DNA of 63,470 bases, the filler included. It is 7 parts of 7 records of this genome, joined end to end, with 100 filler letters (N's around TTAATTAATTAA, not from the genome) between each part and the next. Parts side by side here need not be neighbours in the genome. Positions count along the whole stretch, not along the records: positions 49,499 to 58,311 come from DRR378314_1963; positions 58,412 to 63,470 come from DRR378314_1995; 5 more parts are not named here. One strand, written 5' to 3'. This document shows positions 52,801 through 63,470 of this stretch, piece after piece. Position 1 is the first letter of the stretch, and each line of letters begins with the position of its first letter. The translations under genes were made by a program, and so were the position numbers. The notes under the pieces were generated by a model. It ran no database searches, was not told the DNA's origin, and saw only the letters and a list, made by a program, of their open reading frames with translations.

Positions 52801-55800
52801 TGATATGGCGATCGGTCGCGCAAGGGCGCTGCGGCGCCTCGGTGAACGTACAGTGGATACTTCTGCAACGAGGTGGCCCTGCACGCTGCGGTTTCGATAG
52901 GTTGCGCAATGCGCGTCGTTTGCGCGCGGCGATGTCCCCTCCGCCCTGCCAGGAGCCCTTTTGATAATGAAGTCGCTCTGGGATTTTGGTTCCCGCTCCT
53001 TTCGGTTTGCGCAGGTAACGGAGCTGCGCGCGAAAGTCACACAGCTGACGACTGATTTAGAACGATTCTCCGCATCGCTCGAGAAGAAAGACGCTATCAT
53101 CGAAGAATTGCGCGCGGAGCGCGTGAGCGATGATGTCCGCGAGCTCAGGTATGTGCGAATGGGGTGTGTGATCGAGATGATGTGCGGAAACCCGGGTCGT
53201 GTGAAATTGCGCCTATCTGCGCGGCGCACGCGAGAAACGCGCGAAACGCGAGCGACTGGAATAGTCCACTATACAAAGTATCATCTGGCGATGATGTTCA
53301 GCTGCTCAACGGAGAATATTCGCAGTGTAATTTGCATAATGTGTCCTCGGAGTACTTGACGAAGCGCTTGCGGGCGAGAGAGAAAAGCGTCGTTTCGGCT
53401 GTGGGTCTGCGCTGGTCTGTGGTCGCGCGCCTTCTGCGAGCGAAACCCCCCTCATCTCCATGCGCCACACAATGGTAGGCCGTTTCTATTGGCAGTAACC
53501 CGTACCTTTGTTTCGCGCGAATTCTGTTGGGCTCGCAGGACGGAGATTCGCTCGCTTCGTGAGAAAGAGAAGCGGCACACAGCGGAGGCAGATCGTCTCC
53601 GCGAGCGGAACCGCGAGCTCGCTTCGCGACTCCTCGAGGCGCAGCAAGACCTTCTGACCGCACAAGACGAGCTCGGCGAGCGCGAGGACACGGAATCGAG
53701 CGTACTTGAGAAGGACATGGCACTGCGGAGAGTATCCGCGCAGCGGGACGAGCTCGCGCGCGACAAGTACGTTCCCCCGCTGGGTGCTCTCGTGACAGCA
53801 GAGTACAGGAGAACCGAGAGGCGCAGAGCTCGTGCGCCGTGCGTATCGCGTTGTGCATTCAACCCCGATGATTCCTGTCGCTACGTTTCCGTGCTGTATT
53901 CGCGGGGCAAAGCGTGACCGACCGGAGTTTCGTGCACGAGCCGCGCGAGTTCCAGAATGTTCCTGTTCCAGCGCTATTGGTTTGTTCGGCCGTGTGTAAT
54001 TTCTAACCCCGTCGCATTGCTGCCGTACGCACAATGCCCATGATATGTCTCACAGAGTCGAGTACCAGGATGAGAACGACCGTCTGCGCGCGAAGATCGC
54101 TGCGCTGGACCGGAAGCTTTCAGAGCAGGTACGAACGGCGTGCCTGTCGCAGCAACGACGAGCTGCGCATGAGCACAGCGCATGAGCGCAACGTCCACGC
54201 GCGATACGCGTGCAGCGCAGAGCCGCTGCAATCCTGGTGCTATGCGGCGGGGTCGCCCCCGTGCTGCAGCGGGTAGAGCGAGGACACGCGCGTTCGATCG
54301 TCCGTTGCTACTCGCCAGGTGTTGGTTTCTCGGCGTGATTTCCACGTTTGTCCGTCGCGCTGGAGAGTACGCCCCCCCCTCTTGGACTGCGCGGTTCTTT
54401 CCGGCAGCCGCGTTTCTGCGTTGCTTTGGTCTGCTCTGTCGTTCTCCTTGACTGCAATGCTGCTGTTCTGCCGGCGCGGTTTTGGGGGTCAATTTCGTGA
54501 CGCTGCTGCTCGGCGCGGTCCTCCGCAACGACGCCGTGGACACGAGTCGCACTTACGCCTTTCTTGTCTCCTGCTGTATCGCGAAACGTGCGGCACCCCA
54601 GGACGCCCGCGTCCGGCAACTCGAGCACGATATCAGTGCGGAACGCGCGCGAGCTGCGAAACTTGAGAAACTGAAGCACGAAGAGGACAGCGCGGCTGAC
54701 GAGCGCGTTACCCGGCGGCGTGCCATCGACGTCGAAGAGTGTCGCGTAAAGCAGCAGCACGCGCTCATCGATGTTGCGCGATTCCGCCGCACGGTACGTC
54801 ATTCGGCGCTCGCTGTGGCAAGTCTCAGGAATGTTCGCCCTTATTTTCTGTTTGCTCTACCGCGACTTTGTGCGATCTTGGCGGCTTGCATGTGCCGGAA
54901 TAGGCGCGCTCCACTTCACGTCTTTTGTTCCCGGCCGAGGAAGCCAGGATGATTCTCTTTCTTTTTCTGCTGCTTGCAGCATTCTCGCAAATATGTCCCT
55001 CTCTTGTGTGACTCTCTGTTGTTCGCCTCGTGATCATGCGCGGGTCGTGCTGGCGCAAGATGACCCTGCTGACGGCTGACTCTCTGCGCGCTGTGAATTA
55101 GGTATTGGAGGAAGAGCTTTCGCGCCTGAAGCGCATCGCGTATCGTGCCGACGTTGCCGCGCACCGAACTCGCCGCTTGATGGTCCGTCTCGCTGCGGAC
55201 GAAGAGCGTGCGCGCGCCATGGACCCTGCGCGCGACGCGGCGCTGTACGATGTCGTTCGCATGGATGTGCGGAGAAGACGGGAGGAGATCGAGCGCCGCT
55301 CCAGAGAGGAGGAGCAGGCGCGAGAAAACCTGCAGCGCATGGAGAAAAAGATACGCTCCGAGGTGCGTCGCGGACTTGCGCGAGAACCAGCGCTCCGAAT
55401 GCGTTCCTGGTCCGCCTACATGTCGGCTGCTCGTCCCATACGAGCTGCTCGTAGCTTGCGGCATGCGCGATACAGCAGCTGCGGCAAGGGCGAGCGCGGC
55501 GTTTCGCTTAGCGGCCTTCCTCCCGTGACGGGGCGGCGGGTCGGCATTGTTTCTCTTTGTCCATTATTCTCGGTTTCTGAACATGAGTATTGCCCTGTGA
55601 ACGACGTAATTTGCAGCTCGAGCGCCTGGCGACGTTTGAGAAGCAGTACGCAGAGGGGAAGAAAGCAGACGAGAACGATCCCAACGGTGAGTGGCGCTTT
55701 TCCCGCCTTGTGACACAGTGCTGTGATTGCGCTTGTCTGTGCTGCTGCTGCGGTTTTGCACCAGCAAACGCGCGCGTAAGCTGCCTGTTCCAGTCCTCTG

Positions 55801-57138
55801 CATTAGTTCAAACTCTTCTGCCAAGGTGCCGCACCATCAGGACCGTATGGATGGCGCGCGCCCGCGTCACGCTATGGTGTGGCCGCGCGATGCGTAGCCA
55901 TGGAATCGGCTGGCTGCTTTGTCGGTACGGCAGGGGCAGGTTCCCGCGCGCCGCGCGATCCAGCGCAACCTCGACACTGGAACCTCTCCGCCTCCTTTGT
56001 TGCTACAAGCCCACAAGCGCTGTAGTTGCTCCAGAAGGAGGAGCGGTTGTACGCGCGCGCCGCATGCTGTTGGGGGTGGGGTGCTGATGGGTGGGAGGGT
56101 CGATGTTCGTCCCCCTCACCCGCCGCCGCCGCTGACGCGCGAGCGCTCTCCTCTCCGCCCCCGTGCACGCGCAGGCGCCGTCGGAGCGGAGGACGCAAAC
56201 GGCTTCTTCGACCCGGAGAGCGTGCGCATTGAGCCAGTCCCGGAGACGTTCTTCAGCGACGTACATTTCGACAACACCAAAGGTACATAGGTCCTCTACG
56301 TGCGGCGTTCCGTTGGCTGCGCGTGGCGGACCAGTTCTTACGATACAGGGACCCTATTGCACCTGCAACTGCGTGTAGAGTATGTTCACGTTGCCGCTCG
56401 GCCAGCTACAAAACGGACAGGTGGTCGGATCTGATCTCTCCGCCCGCCCTACTGTGTATCTCATATCGTTTTGCTTGTACGTTCTGGCGTACTTGCTTCT
56501 GTGCATGCCTTTTTTTTTCAACGCGCGCTCTGGGCTGGGTGGTGTGGATTCCAGCACGCCGCGTGCTCTACGATTCGATCTCGTCGAGCGCAACGTCGCA
56601 ATCGGCGCGCCAGGCAGAAACGCGGAGCGCCGCTGCGCCAGAACGCCAGAGCGCGGACGCCGAGCCGAGCGCGCGGGAGGACGATGCCAGTGCGGACGAA
56701 GAGGAAAACGAGGACGAGCGCCGTCTGCGCGAGCTTTTGGACCGTCGCGATGAAATGGACGAACAACTTCGCGATATTGACGACGGAAGTGAGGGGCGTG
56801 CGTCGCCTGACGAGCAGGAGCGCGGCGATTCCGACGACGATCGCGAAGGAGGAAGCGACCTCGATGATCGCGAAGACGAAGATGGCGCTGAAGACCGAGA
56901 TGCGCACGCAGCCGCCCTCGGCCGAAAGACGAGCGAGACGGACGATACGTACGGCGAATATGACGACCCGGTTGCTATTGATCTGAACTTGGACAGGGGC
57001 CTGAGCGATGGAGACGACGAGGGAAACGATGACGGGCTCGGCATCGGATCCGACGAAGACGACGAGGATGCGATTGATGCGCGACGCCTCGAGGAGCTCC
57101 GGCGGCAGCGCGAGGAGCTCCGGCGGCAGCTCGAATGA
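49856..57138 (+). CDS. Multi-exon EF-hand / long coiled-coil protein with acidic C-terminal tail (start uncertain)
   Basis: About 15 GT-AG-bounded exons. EF-hand loop IFKWMDLDNDNSVSKIDL followed by ITEEDIEDM; E/K/R/L heptad exons (VTELRAKVTQLTTDLERF, TEIRSLREKEKR..); D/E-rich last exon ending RRQLE*. Confidence 0.75.
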
Positions 57139-57671
57139 GGAGCCGCCAGAAGCTGTCCCAGCCATGCCGCGCTTCTGCGCTTTCGTTCTGTTTCGCGAGG
57201 GTGTGTGTTTTGTATATCCTGCAATAAAGGTGTGCTGCTTCGGGCGCAAGAAATGTCGATCCTCATCGGTATACGCTGCAGCCGCGTCGGTGCCGTTGTG
57301 GCGTATATTCGAAATAACCGCACGTCGGACCCCACATCACTTCCGATCTTACAATGACAAAACTAGAATAAGAGCGATCGTGGGTCTATTCTGGCGCTCT
57401 TTTCTGGACTGGAATGTAACCGATTGTCTCTCGCATAGAAATCAAGGGCATTATCGTGAGCACTTCCTTTCCCCAGACTGCATGAAAGGCGGTGACGGGG
57501 AGCTCTTGAAAAACGGGCTGCCTCTTTTCATACATTCACCATTCTCCACACATAGCGCACGGGCAAGGAACCATTTCAATTGCGCAACATTTTCTCTTAC
57601 TCCTAGCACCTGACCATGCCGACCGCCTATAGCGATTGCTTGTGTGGCCCGTCCATCCGGCGAAGCGCTTC

Positions 57672-58215
57672 TCAGAGATCGAGCTGCGAGGTGTGCATGG
57701 ATTCGCGCTCCAGGTGCGAGCGCCGGAGGCGACTAGCGGGACCTGGAGTATACGGCCCCGAGCTCACAGAGGAGTCTCTGGGAGACGCCTGGCTCTGGAT
57801 ATAAGATGCTCGTCGCGCAAGTTGGCTTCGAGAACATTGGAGACGAATGGCAAAGAAACCCCACCCCATTAGATGGAACGGCAGTGGGAGCCGCAGCACG
57901 AACAAGGGCCGATGTGCCCATGCCCCGAAGTTGCTTAGTCTGGCACACGCTGCCGTATGCTCGGTCAATCTTGGAAGACTCCATTGACCACCGTCTATGC
58001 TCGTACCTTCCATTTCCTTTAATATAAACAACATTGATGATCTGATAAGCTTACTCCGGTGAGCAGGATGGCGTACCTGTTCTCTCGCTTCAGCTCTCGC
58101 GCGCGATCCTCAAGCGCTTTGCGGGACTCTTGCAGCGCGTCGCGCTCCCGAACAGCAGATTCGAGCTGCCATTGCGACTGAGCGAGTTTTCTGCGGAGCA
58201 TGGCGATTTCTTCCT
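57672..58215 (-). CDS. 3' end of a coiled-coil protein (partial)
   Basis: Exon MLRRKLAQSQWQLESAVRERDALQESRKALEDRARELKREN followed by a GTACG donor; putative last exon ends at ~57672. Confidence 0.45.
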
Positions 58216-58311
58216 CTGCAATACGAATCTACAAGTAGCGAAGGCAACAAGCCACGAGAATTTGTATGAAAGAGGATGCACGTCCACGACGAACCGGGAA
58301 GCACAACAGGG

Positions 58312-58411
58312 NNNNNNNNNNNNNNNNNNNNNNNNNNNNNNNNNNNNNNNNNNNNTTAATTAATTAANNNNNNNNNNNNNNNNNNNNNNNNNNNNNNNNN
58401 NNNNNNNNNNN
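58312..58411. other. Artificial contig linker
   Basis: N44-TTAATTAATTAA-N44. Confidence 0.98.
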
Positions 58412-58412
58412 A

Positions 58413-58440
58413 TTAACTATTAACTGTTAACTATTAACTG
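58413..58440 (-). repeat. Four tandem heptamers (YAGTTAA on the minus strand) just after the speD stop, cut by the contig end
   Basis: Plus strand reads TTAACTA TTAACTG TTAACTA TTAACTG. Confidence 0.9.
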
Positions 58441-58446
58441 CCGTTT

Positions 58447-59250
58447 TCACATGTTGCGGCTGTAGAAGATTTCGAGCATTTCGGTCTGCAGGCGTTCGCG
58501 GATGTTGGCGAGTTCCTTGTCGTCGAACTCGTCGCTGCCGGCGCCGAACAGGTAGTTGTTGATGTCGAATTCCTTGAGCAGCATCTTGGTGTGGAAGATG
58601 TTCTCCTGGTACACGTTCACATCGATCATCTGATACCCGTTCTGGGTGTCCTCGGTGAGGAAGTTCTGAATCGAGTTGATGTCGTGGTCGATGTAGTGCT
58701 TGGTGCCGTCCACGTCGCGGGTCATGCCGCGTACCCGGTAGTCGATGGTGACGATGTCGGAATCGAAGCTGTGGATCAGGTAGTTCAGTGCCCTCAGCGG
58801 TGAAATCACCCCGCAGGTGGACACGTCCACGTCCACCCGGAAGGTGGAGATGCCGTTGTCCGGGTGCGACTCCGGGTAGGTGTGCACCGTCACGTGGCTC
58901 TTGTTCAGGTGGGCGACCACTGAATCCGGCAGCGGCCCCGGCGCCTCTTCGTCCCAGTCGCCGTCGGTGGGCGGGGATTCGTGCTCGGCGATCAGCATGG
59001 TCACGCTGGCGCCCTGGGGATCGTAATCCTGGCGGGCAATATTGAGAATATTGGCGCCGATGATCCGGGTCACGTTGGTGAGGATCTCGGTGAGACGCTC
59101 GGCGTTGTACAGCTCGTCGATATACTCGATGTATTCCTTGCGATGCTGCTCGGTTTTCGCATAGGCGATATCGAAGATATTAAAGCTGAGGGACTTGGTC
59201 AGGTTGTTAAAACCATGGACCGAAATCTTGGGATTGGGATCTTTCACCAC
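58447..59250 (-). CDS. speD: S-adenosylmethionine decarboxylase proenzyme (gammaproteobacterial class 1A)
   Basis: [41 protein letters not shown] (pyruvoyl cleavage site), [10 protein letters not shown]. Confidence 0.95.
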   Translation of the reverse strand: MVKDPNPKISVHGFNNLTKSLSFNIFDIAYAKTEQHRKEYIEYIDELYNAERLTEILTNVTRIIGANILNIARQDYDPQGASVTMLIAEHESPPTDGDWDEEAPGPLPDSVVAHLNKSHVTVHTYPESHPDNGISTFRVDVDVSTCGVISPLRALNYLIHSFDSDIVTIDYRVRGMTRDVDGTKHYIDHDINSIQNFLTEDTQNGYQMIDVNVYQENIFHTKMLLKEFDINNYLFGAGSDEFDDKELANIRERLQTEMLEIFYSRNM

Positions 59251-59275
59251 GGCGTTATTTCCCCGCTGGCCGTTA

Positions 59276-59695
59276 TCAGGATTCGATGCTGTAGCTGTGC
59301 GTCACTTCCACGCCACCGCGTGTGAGCATGATGGCGGCGGAGCAATACTTCTCCGCGGACAGTTCCACGGCCCGCTTCACCTGATTTTCCTTGAGGTTAT
59401 TGCCGCTGACCCGGAAATGCAGGTGAATTTTGGTAAAAACGGCCGGAATCTCGTCCTCGGCCCGTTCCGCTTCCATCTCGCAGCGGCAGCCGGTCACGTC
59501 CTGGCGGGCCTTGCGCAGGATGTGCACCACATCGAAGCTGGAGCAGCCGCCGACGCCCATCAGAACGGTTTCCATGGGCCGCGCGCCACGGTTTTTGCCG
59601 CCGTGATCCGGCGGTCCGTCCATCACCAGAGTATGGCCGGTTTCCGACTCGGCCTGGAAACAGACATCGCCCTGCCAATCAACCACCGCTTTCAT
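59276..59695 (-). CDS. OsmC/YhfA family protein
   Basis: [44 protein letters not shown]; start taken at MKAVVDW. Confidence 0.92.
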   Translation of the reverse strand: MKAVVDWQGDVCFQAESETGHTLVMDGPPDHGGKNRGARPMETVLMGVGGCSSFDVVHILRKARQDVTGCRCEMEAERAEDEIPAVFTKIHLHFRVSGNNLKENQVKRAVELSAEKYCSAAIMLTRGGVEVTHSYSIES

Positions 59696-59928
59696 TCGAG
59701 TCTCCTGCTCACGCCCTCGCGGAATGGCCGCGAAGACTACCACAGACCACCCCCACGCCATACCCCGGCGAACGTAGAACAGCGCCGGGCTGGCGCGCGG
59801 CGCGGCGAAGCGGCAGACTGTGGACCGGTTCCCTTGGCAGTCACGTGAAAAACAGGCAAACTCCATAAGCTTAAATAGCTAAGACTTTTTTCCGGCTTTT
59901 AAGCAGCGTGCCCAGAAGCAGAGAGCCC

Positions 59929-60558
59929 ATGAGCGACGGTAACAAGATAATTCCAAATCTGGACCAATTTCTCGCCAACTGTCATCGCCGAAAGTACCCG
60001 GCCAAGAGCACCATCATCTACGCCGGTGACGAGTCGGACGCCCTGTACTACATTCTCAAGGGCTCCGTGACGGTGATGATCGAGGACGACGATGGCCGTG
60101 AGATGATCATGGCCTACCTGAATGAAGGCGACTTCTTCGGTGAGATGGGCCTGTTCGAGGCCGATCCGTCCCGTTCCGCCTGGGTGAAAGCGAAAACCGA
60201 GTGCGAGGTGGCGGAAGTCAGCTACCCCAAATTCCGCCAGCTGGCCCGCGAGGACGCCGAGATCCTGTTCGCCGTATCCGCGCAGATCGCCGGACGCCTG
60301 CGCGCCACCACCCGCAAGGTCGGCGACCTGGCGTTCCTGGACGTCACCGGCCGCGTCGCCGGCACCCTGCTGGACCTGTGCAAGCAGCCCGACGCCATGA
60401 CCCACCCGGACGGCATGCAGATCAAGGTCACCCGCCAGGAAATCGGCCGCATCGTCGGCTGCTCCCGCGAAATGGTCGGCCGGGTGTTGAAGAACCTGGA
60501 GGAGCAGGGGCTGGTGTCGGTGAAGGGGAAGACTATGGTGGTTTATGGCACCCGCTGA
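59929..60558 (+). CDS. crp: cAMP receptor protein (Crp/Vfr)
   Basis: cNMP-binding domain [45 protein letters not shown]. Confidence 0.96.
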   Translation: MSDGNKIIPNLDQFLANCHRRKYPAKSTIIYAGDESDALYYILKGSVTVMIEDDDGREMIMAYLNEGDFFGEMGLFEADPSRSAWVKAKTECEVAEVSYPKFRQLAREDAEILFAVSAQIAGRLRATTRKVGDLAFLDVTGRVAGTLLDLCKQPDAMTHPDGMQIKVTRQEIGRIVGCSREMVGRVLKNLEEQGLVSVKGKTMVVYGTR

Positions 60559-60561
60559 GAG

Positions 60562-60727
60562 CAGTTAACAGTTAACAGTGAATAGTTAACAGCGGCGCGG
60601 TGCCGGACCGTGCCACCTGCAACGAAAGAGGCCGCGCTCCTGGCTTGGGGCGCGGCCTCTTTGCGTTCAGGGTGGTACCGGCGCAGCACCGCGCCGCTAT
60701 TCACTGTTCACTGTTAACTATTCACTA
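60562..60727. repeat. ~165-bp imperfect palindrome with heptamer-array arms, filling the crp-trpC convergent gap
   Basis: Left arm CAGTTAA CAGTTAA CAGTGAA TAGTTAA then CAGCGGCGCGGTGC; right arm GCACCGCGCCGCTA then TTCACTG TTCACTG TTAACTA TTCACTA. Confidence 0.92.
60625..60662. terminator. Candidate bidirectional intrinsic terminator at the apex of the palindrome
   Basis: AAAGAGGCCGCGCTCC-TGGCTT-GGGGCGCGGCCTCTTT between convergent genes; the U-tracts are short. Confidence 0.6.
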
Positions 60728-61531
60728 GAAAAACAATGCTTTAAGGGCCGCGCCCGGATCCTCAGCCCGCATAAAGGCTTCACCGACGAGGAACCCATTG
60801 ATGCCGTTTTTGCGCATCAGGCGGACGTCGTCGCGGGTGTGGATGCCGCTTTCGGTGATCACCAGGTGGTCGCCGGGGACCTGCTCGGCGAGCTCCAGGG
60901 TGGTGTCCAGGCGGGTGTCGAAGGTGTGCAGGTCGCGGTTGTTGATGCCGATCAGCTCGATGTTGAGCTTCAGCGCCCGGGCCAGCTCGTCGGCGGTGTG
61001 CACTTCCACCAGCACGTCACAGCCGGCCCGCTGGGCGGCGTGGTAGAGCTGATCGAGCTGGGCGTCGGACAGCGCCGCCACGATCAGCAGCACCGCGTCG
61101 GCGCCCATGGCGCGGGTTTCGAACACCTGCCAGGGGTCGATGATGAAGTCCTTGCGCAGCACCGGCAGGGAGACCGCGTTGCGGGCGGCGCGCAGGTAGT
61201 CCTCGTGGCCCTGGAAGAAGTCCTGGTCGGTGAGCACCGACAGGGCGCTGGCGCCGGCGCCTTCGTAACGGCGGGCGATGTCCACCGGGTCGAAGTCCTC
61301 GCGGATCAGCCCCTTGCTGGGGGAGGCTTTCTTGACCTCGGCGATCACCGCCGGCCGGCCGGCGGCCACGCTGGCGTACAGCGATTTGGCGAAGCCCCGG
61401 GCCTTGCCCTGGTTGTCCGCCATGGCTTCCAGTTCGCCCAGGCTGTAGCGCTGCTGGCCGGCCTGGATCTCCTCGCGCTTGCGCTCGACGATGCGCTCCA
61501 GGATGGTTCCGCTGATGGCTGCGTCGCTCAT
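60725..61531 (-). CDS. trpC: Indole-3-glycerol phosphate synthase
   Basis: [50 protein letters not shown]. Confidence 0.97.
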   Translation of the reverse strand: MSDAAISGTILERIVERKREEIQAGQQRYSLGELEAMADNQGKARGFAKSLYASVAAGRPAVIAEVKKASPSKGLIREDFDPVDIARRYEGAGASALSVLTDQDFFQGHEDYLRAARNAVSLPVLRKDFIIDPWQVFETRAMGADAVLLIVAALSDAQLDQLYHAAQRAGCDVLVEVHTADELARALKLNIELIGINNRDLHTFDTRLDTTLELAEQVPGDHLVITESGIHTRDDVRLMRKNGINGFLVGEAFMRAEDPGAALKALFF

Positions 61532-62571
61532 ACCTCTTCCTTCAATGCGAAAGTGAACTGCGCCAGTTCGCGCATGCGTTCGGCGGCTTCGCCATTGTGG
61601 ACCAGATCCTCGGCCATCCGAACCCCCTCTTCCAGGGTGCGGGTGACGCCGGACACATAGATGGCGGCGCCGGCGTTGAGGGTGATCATGTCGGCGGCCT
61701 TGGCGGCGTTACCCTCTTTGCGCTTGCCGAACGCCTCGCGGATCAGCGCCAGGGACGCTTTCGGGTCGGTCACGTCCAGCCCCACCAGGGAGGCCGACTC
61801 AATGCCCACGTCTTCCGGGGTGAGGCTGTACTCGCGCACTTCGCCCTCCTTGAATTCCGCCACATGGGTGCGCCCGGCCAGGCTGATTTCATCCAGGCCG
61901 TCGAGGCCGTGCACCACCATCACGTGCTCGGCGCCCAGGCGCCCCATCACTTCCGCCATGGGACGGCACAGCTTGTCGGAGAACACGCCGACCACCAGCC
62001 GCTGCACGCCGGCCGGGTTGGTCATCGGGCCGAGAATATTGAACAGGGTGCGCATGCCCAGCTCCTTGCGCGGGCCGATGGCGTACTTCATGGCGCTGTG
62101 GTGGGACGGCGCGAACATAAAGCCGACGCCCACCGCATCCACGCACTGGGCCACCTCGTTGGGGCTCAGGTCCAGGCGGATGCCGGCTTCCTCGAGCAGA
62201 TCCGAGGAGCCGCTTTTCGAGCTCACCGAGCGGTTGCCGTGCTTGGCCACCCGGCAGCCCGCCGCCGCCGCCACGAAGGCGCTGGCGGTGGAGACATTGA
62301 ACAGATTGGCGCCGTCGCCGCCGGTGCCGACGATGTCCACCAGGTGGCGGCGGTTGTCGATCACCACCGGGGTGACCAGCTCGCGCATCACCATGGCGGC
62401 GCCGGTGATCTCGTCCAGGGATTCGCTCTTCATGCGCAGGGCCACCAGAAAGCCGCCGATCTGCGCGTCGGTGGCGCCGCCGGTCATGATCTGGCGCATC
62501 ACGTCGTTCATCTGCTCGGTGGACAGGTCGATGTGATCGACCACCGTGGCCAGGGCCTCCTGGATATTCAT
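61528..62571 (-). CDS. trpD: Anthranilate phosphoribosyltransferase
   Basis: [46 protein letters not shown] overlaps at both ends. Confidence 0.97.
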   Translation of the reverse strand: MNIQEALATVVDHIDLSTEQMNDVMRQIMTGGATDAQIGGFLVALRMKSESLDEITGAAMVMRELVTPVVIDNRRHLVDIVGTGGDGANLFNVSTASAFVAAAAGCRVAKHGNRSVSSKSGSSDLLEEAGIRLDLSPNEVAQCVDAVGVGFMFAPSHHSAMKYAIGPRKELGMRTLFNILGPMTNPAGVQRLVVGVFSDKLCRPMAEVMGRLGAEHVMVVHGLDGLDEISLAGRTHVAEFKEGEVREYSLTPEDVGIESASLVGLDVTDPKASLALIREAFGKRKEGNAAKAADMITLNAGAAIYVSGVTRTLEEGVRMAEDLVHNGEAAERMRELAQFTFALKEEV

Positions 62572-63158
62572 GCGCTTTCCCCCTTCAGAAAGTTGTTGAG
62601 CAGATCATGGCCGTGTTCGGTAAGGATCGACTCCGGGTGATACTGCACGCCTTCCAGCGGCAGTTCCCGGTGGCGCATGCCCATGATCTCATCCATGTCG
62701 CCGTTATCGTCCAGGGTCCAGGCGGTCACCTCGAAGCAGTCCGGCAGGCTGGCCTTGTCCACCACCAGGGAGTGATAGCGGGTGGCCGTGTAGGGACTGG
62801 GCAGGCCGCGGAACACGCCCTTGCCGGTATGATGCACCGGCGAGGTCTTGCCGTGCATTACCGTTCTGGCGCGCACCACCCGGCCGCCGAACGCCTGGCC
62901 CAGGGCCTGGTGGCCCAGACAGACGCCGAGAATCGGCATCTTGCCGGCGAAGTGCTTGATGGCGTCCACGGAAATGCCCGCCTCGTTGGGCGTGCAGGGC
63001 CCCGGCGAGATCATCAGCCGGTCGGCGTTGAGTGCTTCCATGCCGGCCAGGTCGATCTTGTCGTTGCGGTGCACCAGCACCTCGGCGCCCAGCTCCTGCA
63101 GGTACTGCACCAGGTTGTAGGTAAAGCTGTCGTAGTTGTCGATCATCAGTACGCGCAT
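62568..63158 (-). CDS. trpG: Anthranilate synthase glutamine amidotransferase component
   Basis: [33 protein letters not shown]; the start overlaps the trpE stop (TAATG). Confidence 0.95.
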   Translation of the reverse strand: MRVLMIDNYDSFTYNLVQYLQELGAEVLVHRNDKIDLAGMEALNADRLMISPGPCTPNEAGISVDAIKHFAGKMPILGVCLGHQALGQAFGGRVVRARTVMHGKTSPVHHTGKGVFRGLPSPYTATRYHSLVVDKASLPDCFEVTAWTLDDNGDMDEIMGMRHRELPLEGVQYHPESILTEHGHDLLNNFLKGESA

Positions 63159-63470
63159 TACTGGTTCCCCCCGTCCCCGTTGGCGCCGCCCAGGTCGAGG
63201 CCGCCCAGCGCCATATTCACGGCGCGGAACACGGCGCGCGCCTTGTTCATGGTTTCCTTCCATTCCAGGTCGGGCACCGAGTCGGCGACGATGCCGCCGC
63301 CCGCCTGCACGTACAGACGGCCGTCCTTGACCACGGCGGTGCGGATGGCGATGGCCATGTCCATGTCATCGTTGAAGCCGATGTAGCCCACGGCGCCGCC
63401 GTAGACACCGCGCTTGGTGGGCTCCACCTCGTCGATGATCTCCATGGCGCGGATCTTGGGGGCGCCGCTC
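63158..63470 (-). CDS. trpE: Anthranilate synthase component I, C-terminal fragment
   Basis: [45 protein letters not shown]. Confidence 0.93.
   Translation of the reverse strand, partial: SGAPKIRAMEIIDEVEPTKRGVYGGAVGYIGFNDDMDMAIAIRTAVVKDGRLYVQAGGGIVADSVPDLEWKETMNKARAVFRAVNMALGGLDLGGANGDGGNQ

Noticed and set aside
22465..58411. Six identical TTAATTAATTAA units as a biological repeat or CRISPR
   Set aside because: Each is embedded in exactly 44+44 N; they are synthetic contig linkers.
59819..59834. Possible CRP autoregulatory site (TGTGG-N6-TCCCT)
   Set aside because: Three of ten consensus positions mismatch, which is too weak to call.
60798..63386. Long plus-strand ORFs (259-347 aa) opposite trpC/D/G
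   Set aside because: These are antisense shadows produced by high-GC codon bias and have no recognisable motifs.

Overview
This window is not one contiguous locus. It is seven contigs joined by artificial 100-bp linkers (44 N + TTAATTAATTAA + 44 N). Contigs 1 (1-22464), 3 (33149-38291), 4 (38392-43463) and 6 (49499-58311) come from an intron-rich, GC-rich eukaryote, probably a protist, with GTACG/GTGCG..YAG introns. They encode an 11-exon UDP-glucose pyrophosphorylase, a STE11-like MAP3K, an 11-exon COG3044/MRB1590-like ABC-class ATPase with an RGG tail, a family-16 methyltransferase, the 3' half of a K+ channel, an SDR, eIF3e, a kinesin-3 and an EF-hand/coiled-coil protein. Contig 5 (43564-49398) holds an uninterrupted >1,730-aa repeat-module glycoprotein ORF, probably also eukaryotic. 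Contig 2 (22565-33048) is Roseobacter-like (rpoH, rluD, a fucosyltransferase-like/TPR gene, and a GlcNAc/MurNAc catabolic cluster). Contig 7 (58412-63470) is a high-GC gammaproteobacterium (speD, osmC, crp, trpCDGE). The most unusual signals are: YAGTKAA heptamer arrays placed directly after three stop codons, two of which form the arms of a ~165-bp hairpin; the GT-TPR fusion; the giant modular protein with a nested Cys-rich domain; and the spliced RGG-ABC-ATPase. Exon boundaries were read by eye and no searches were run.
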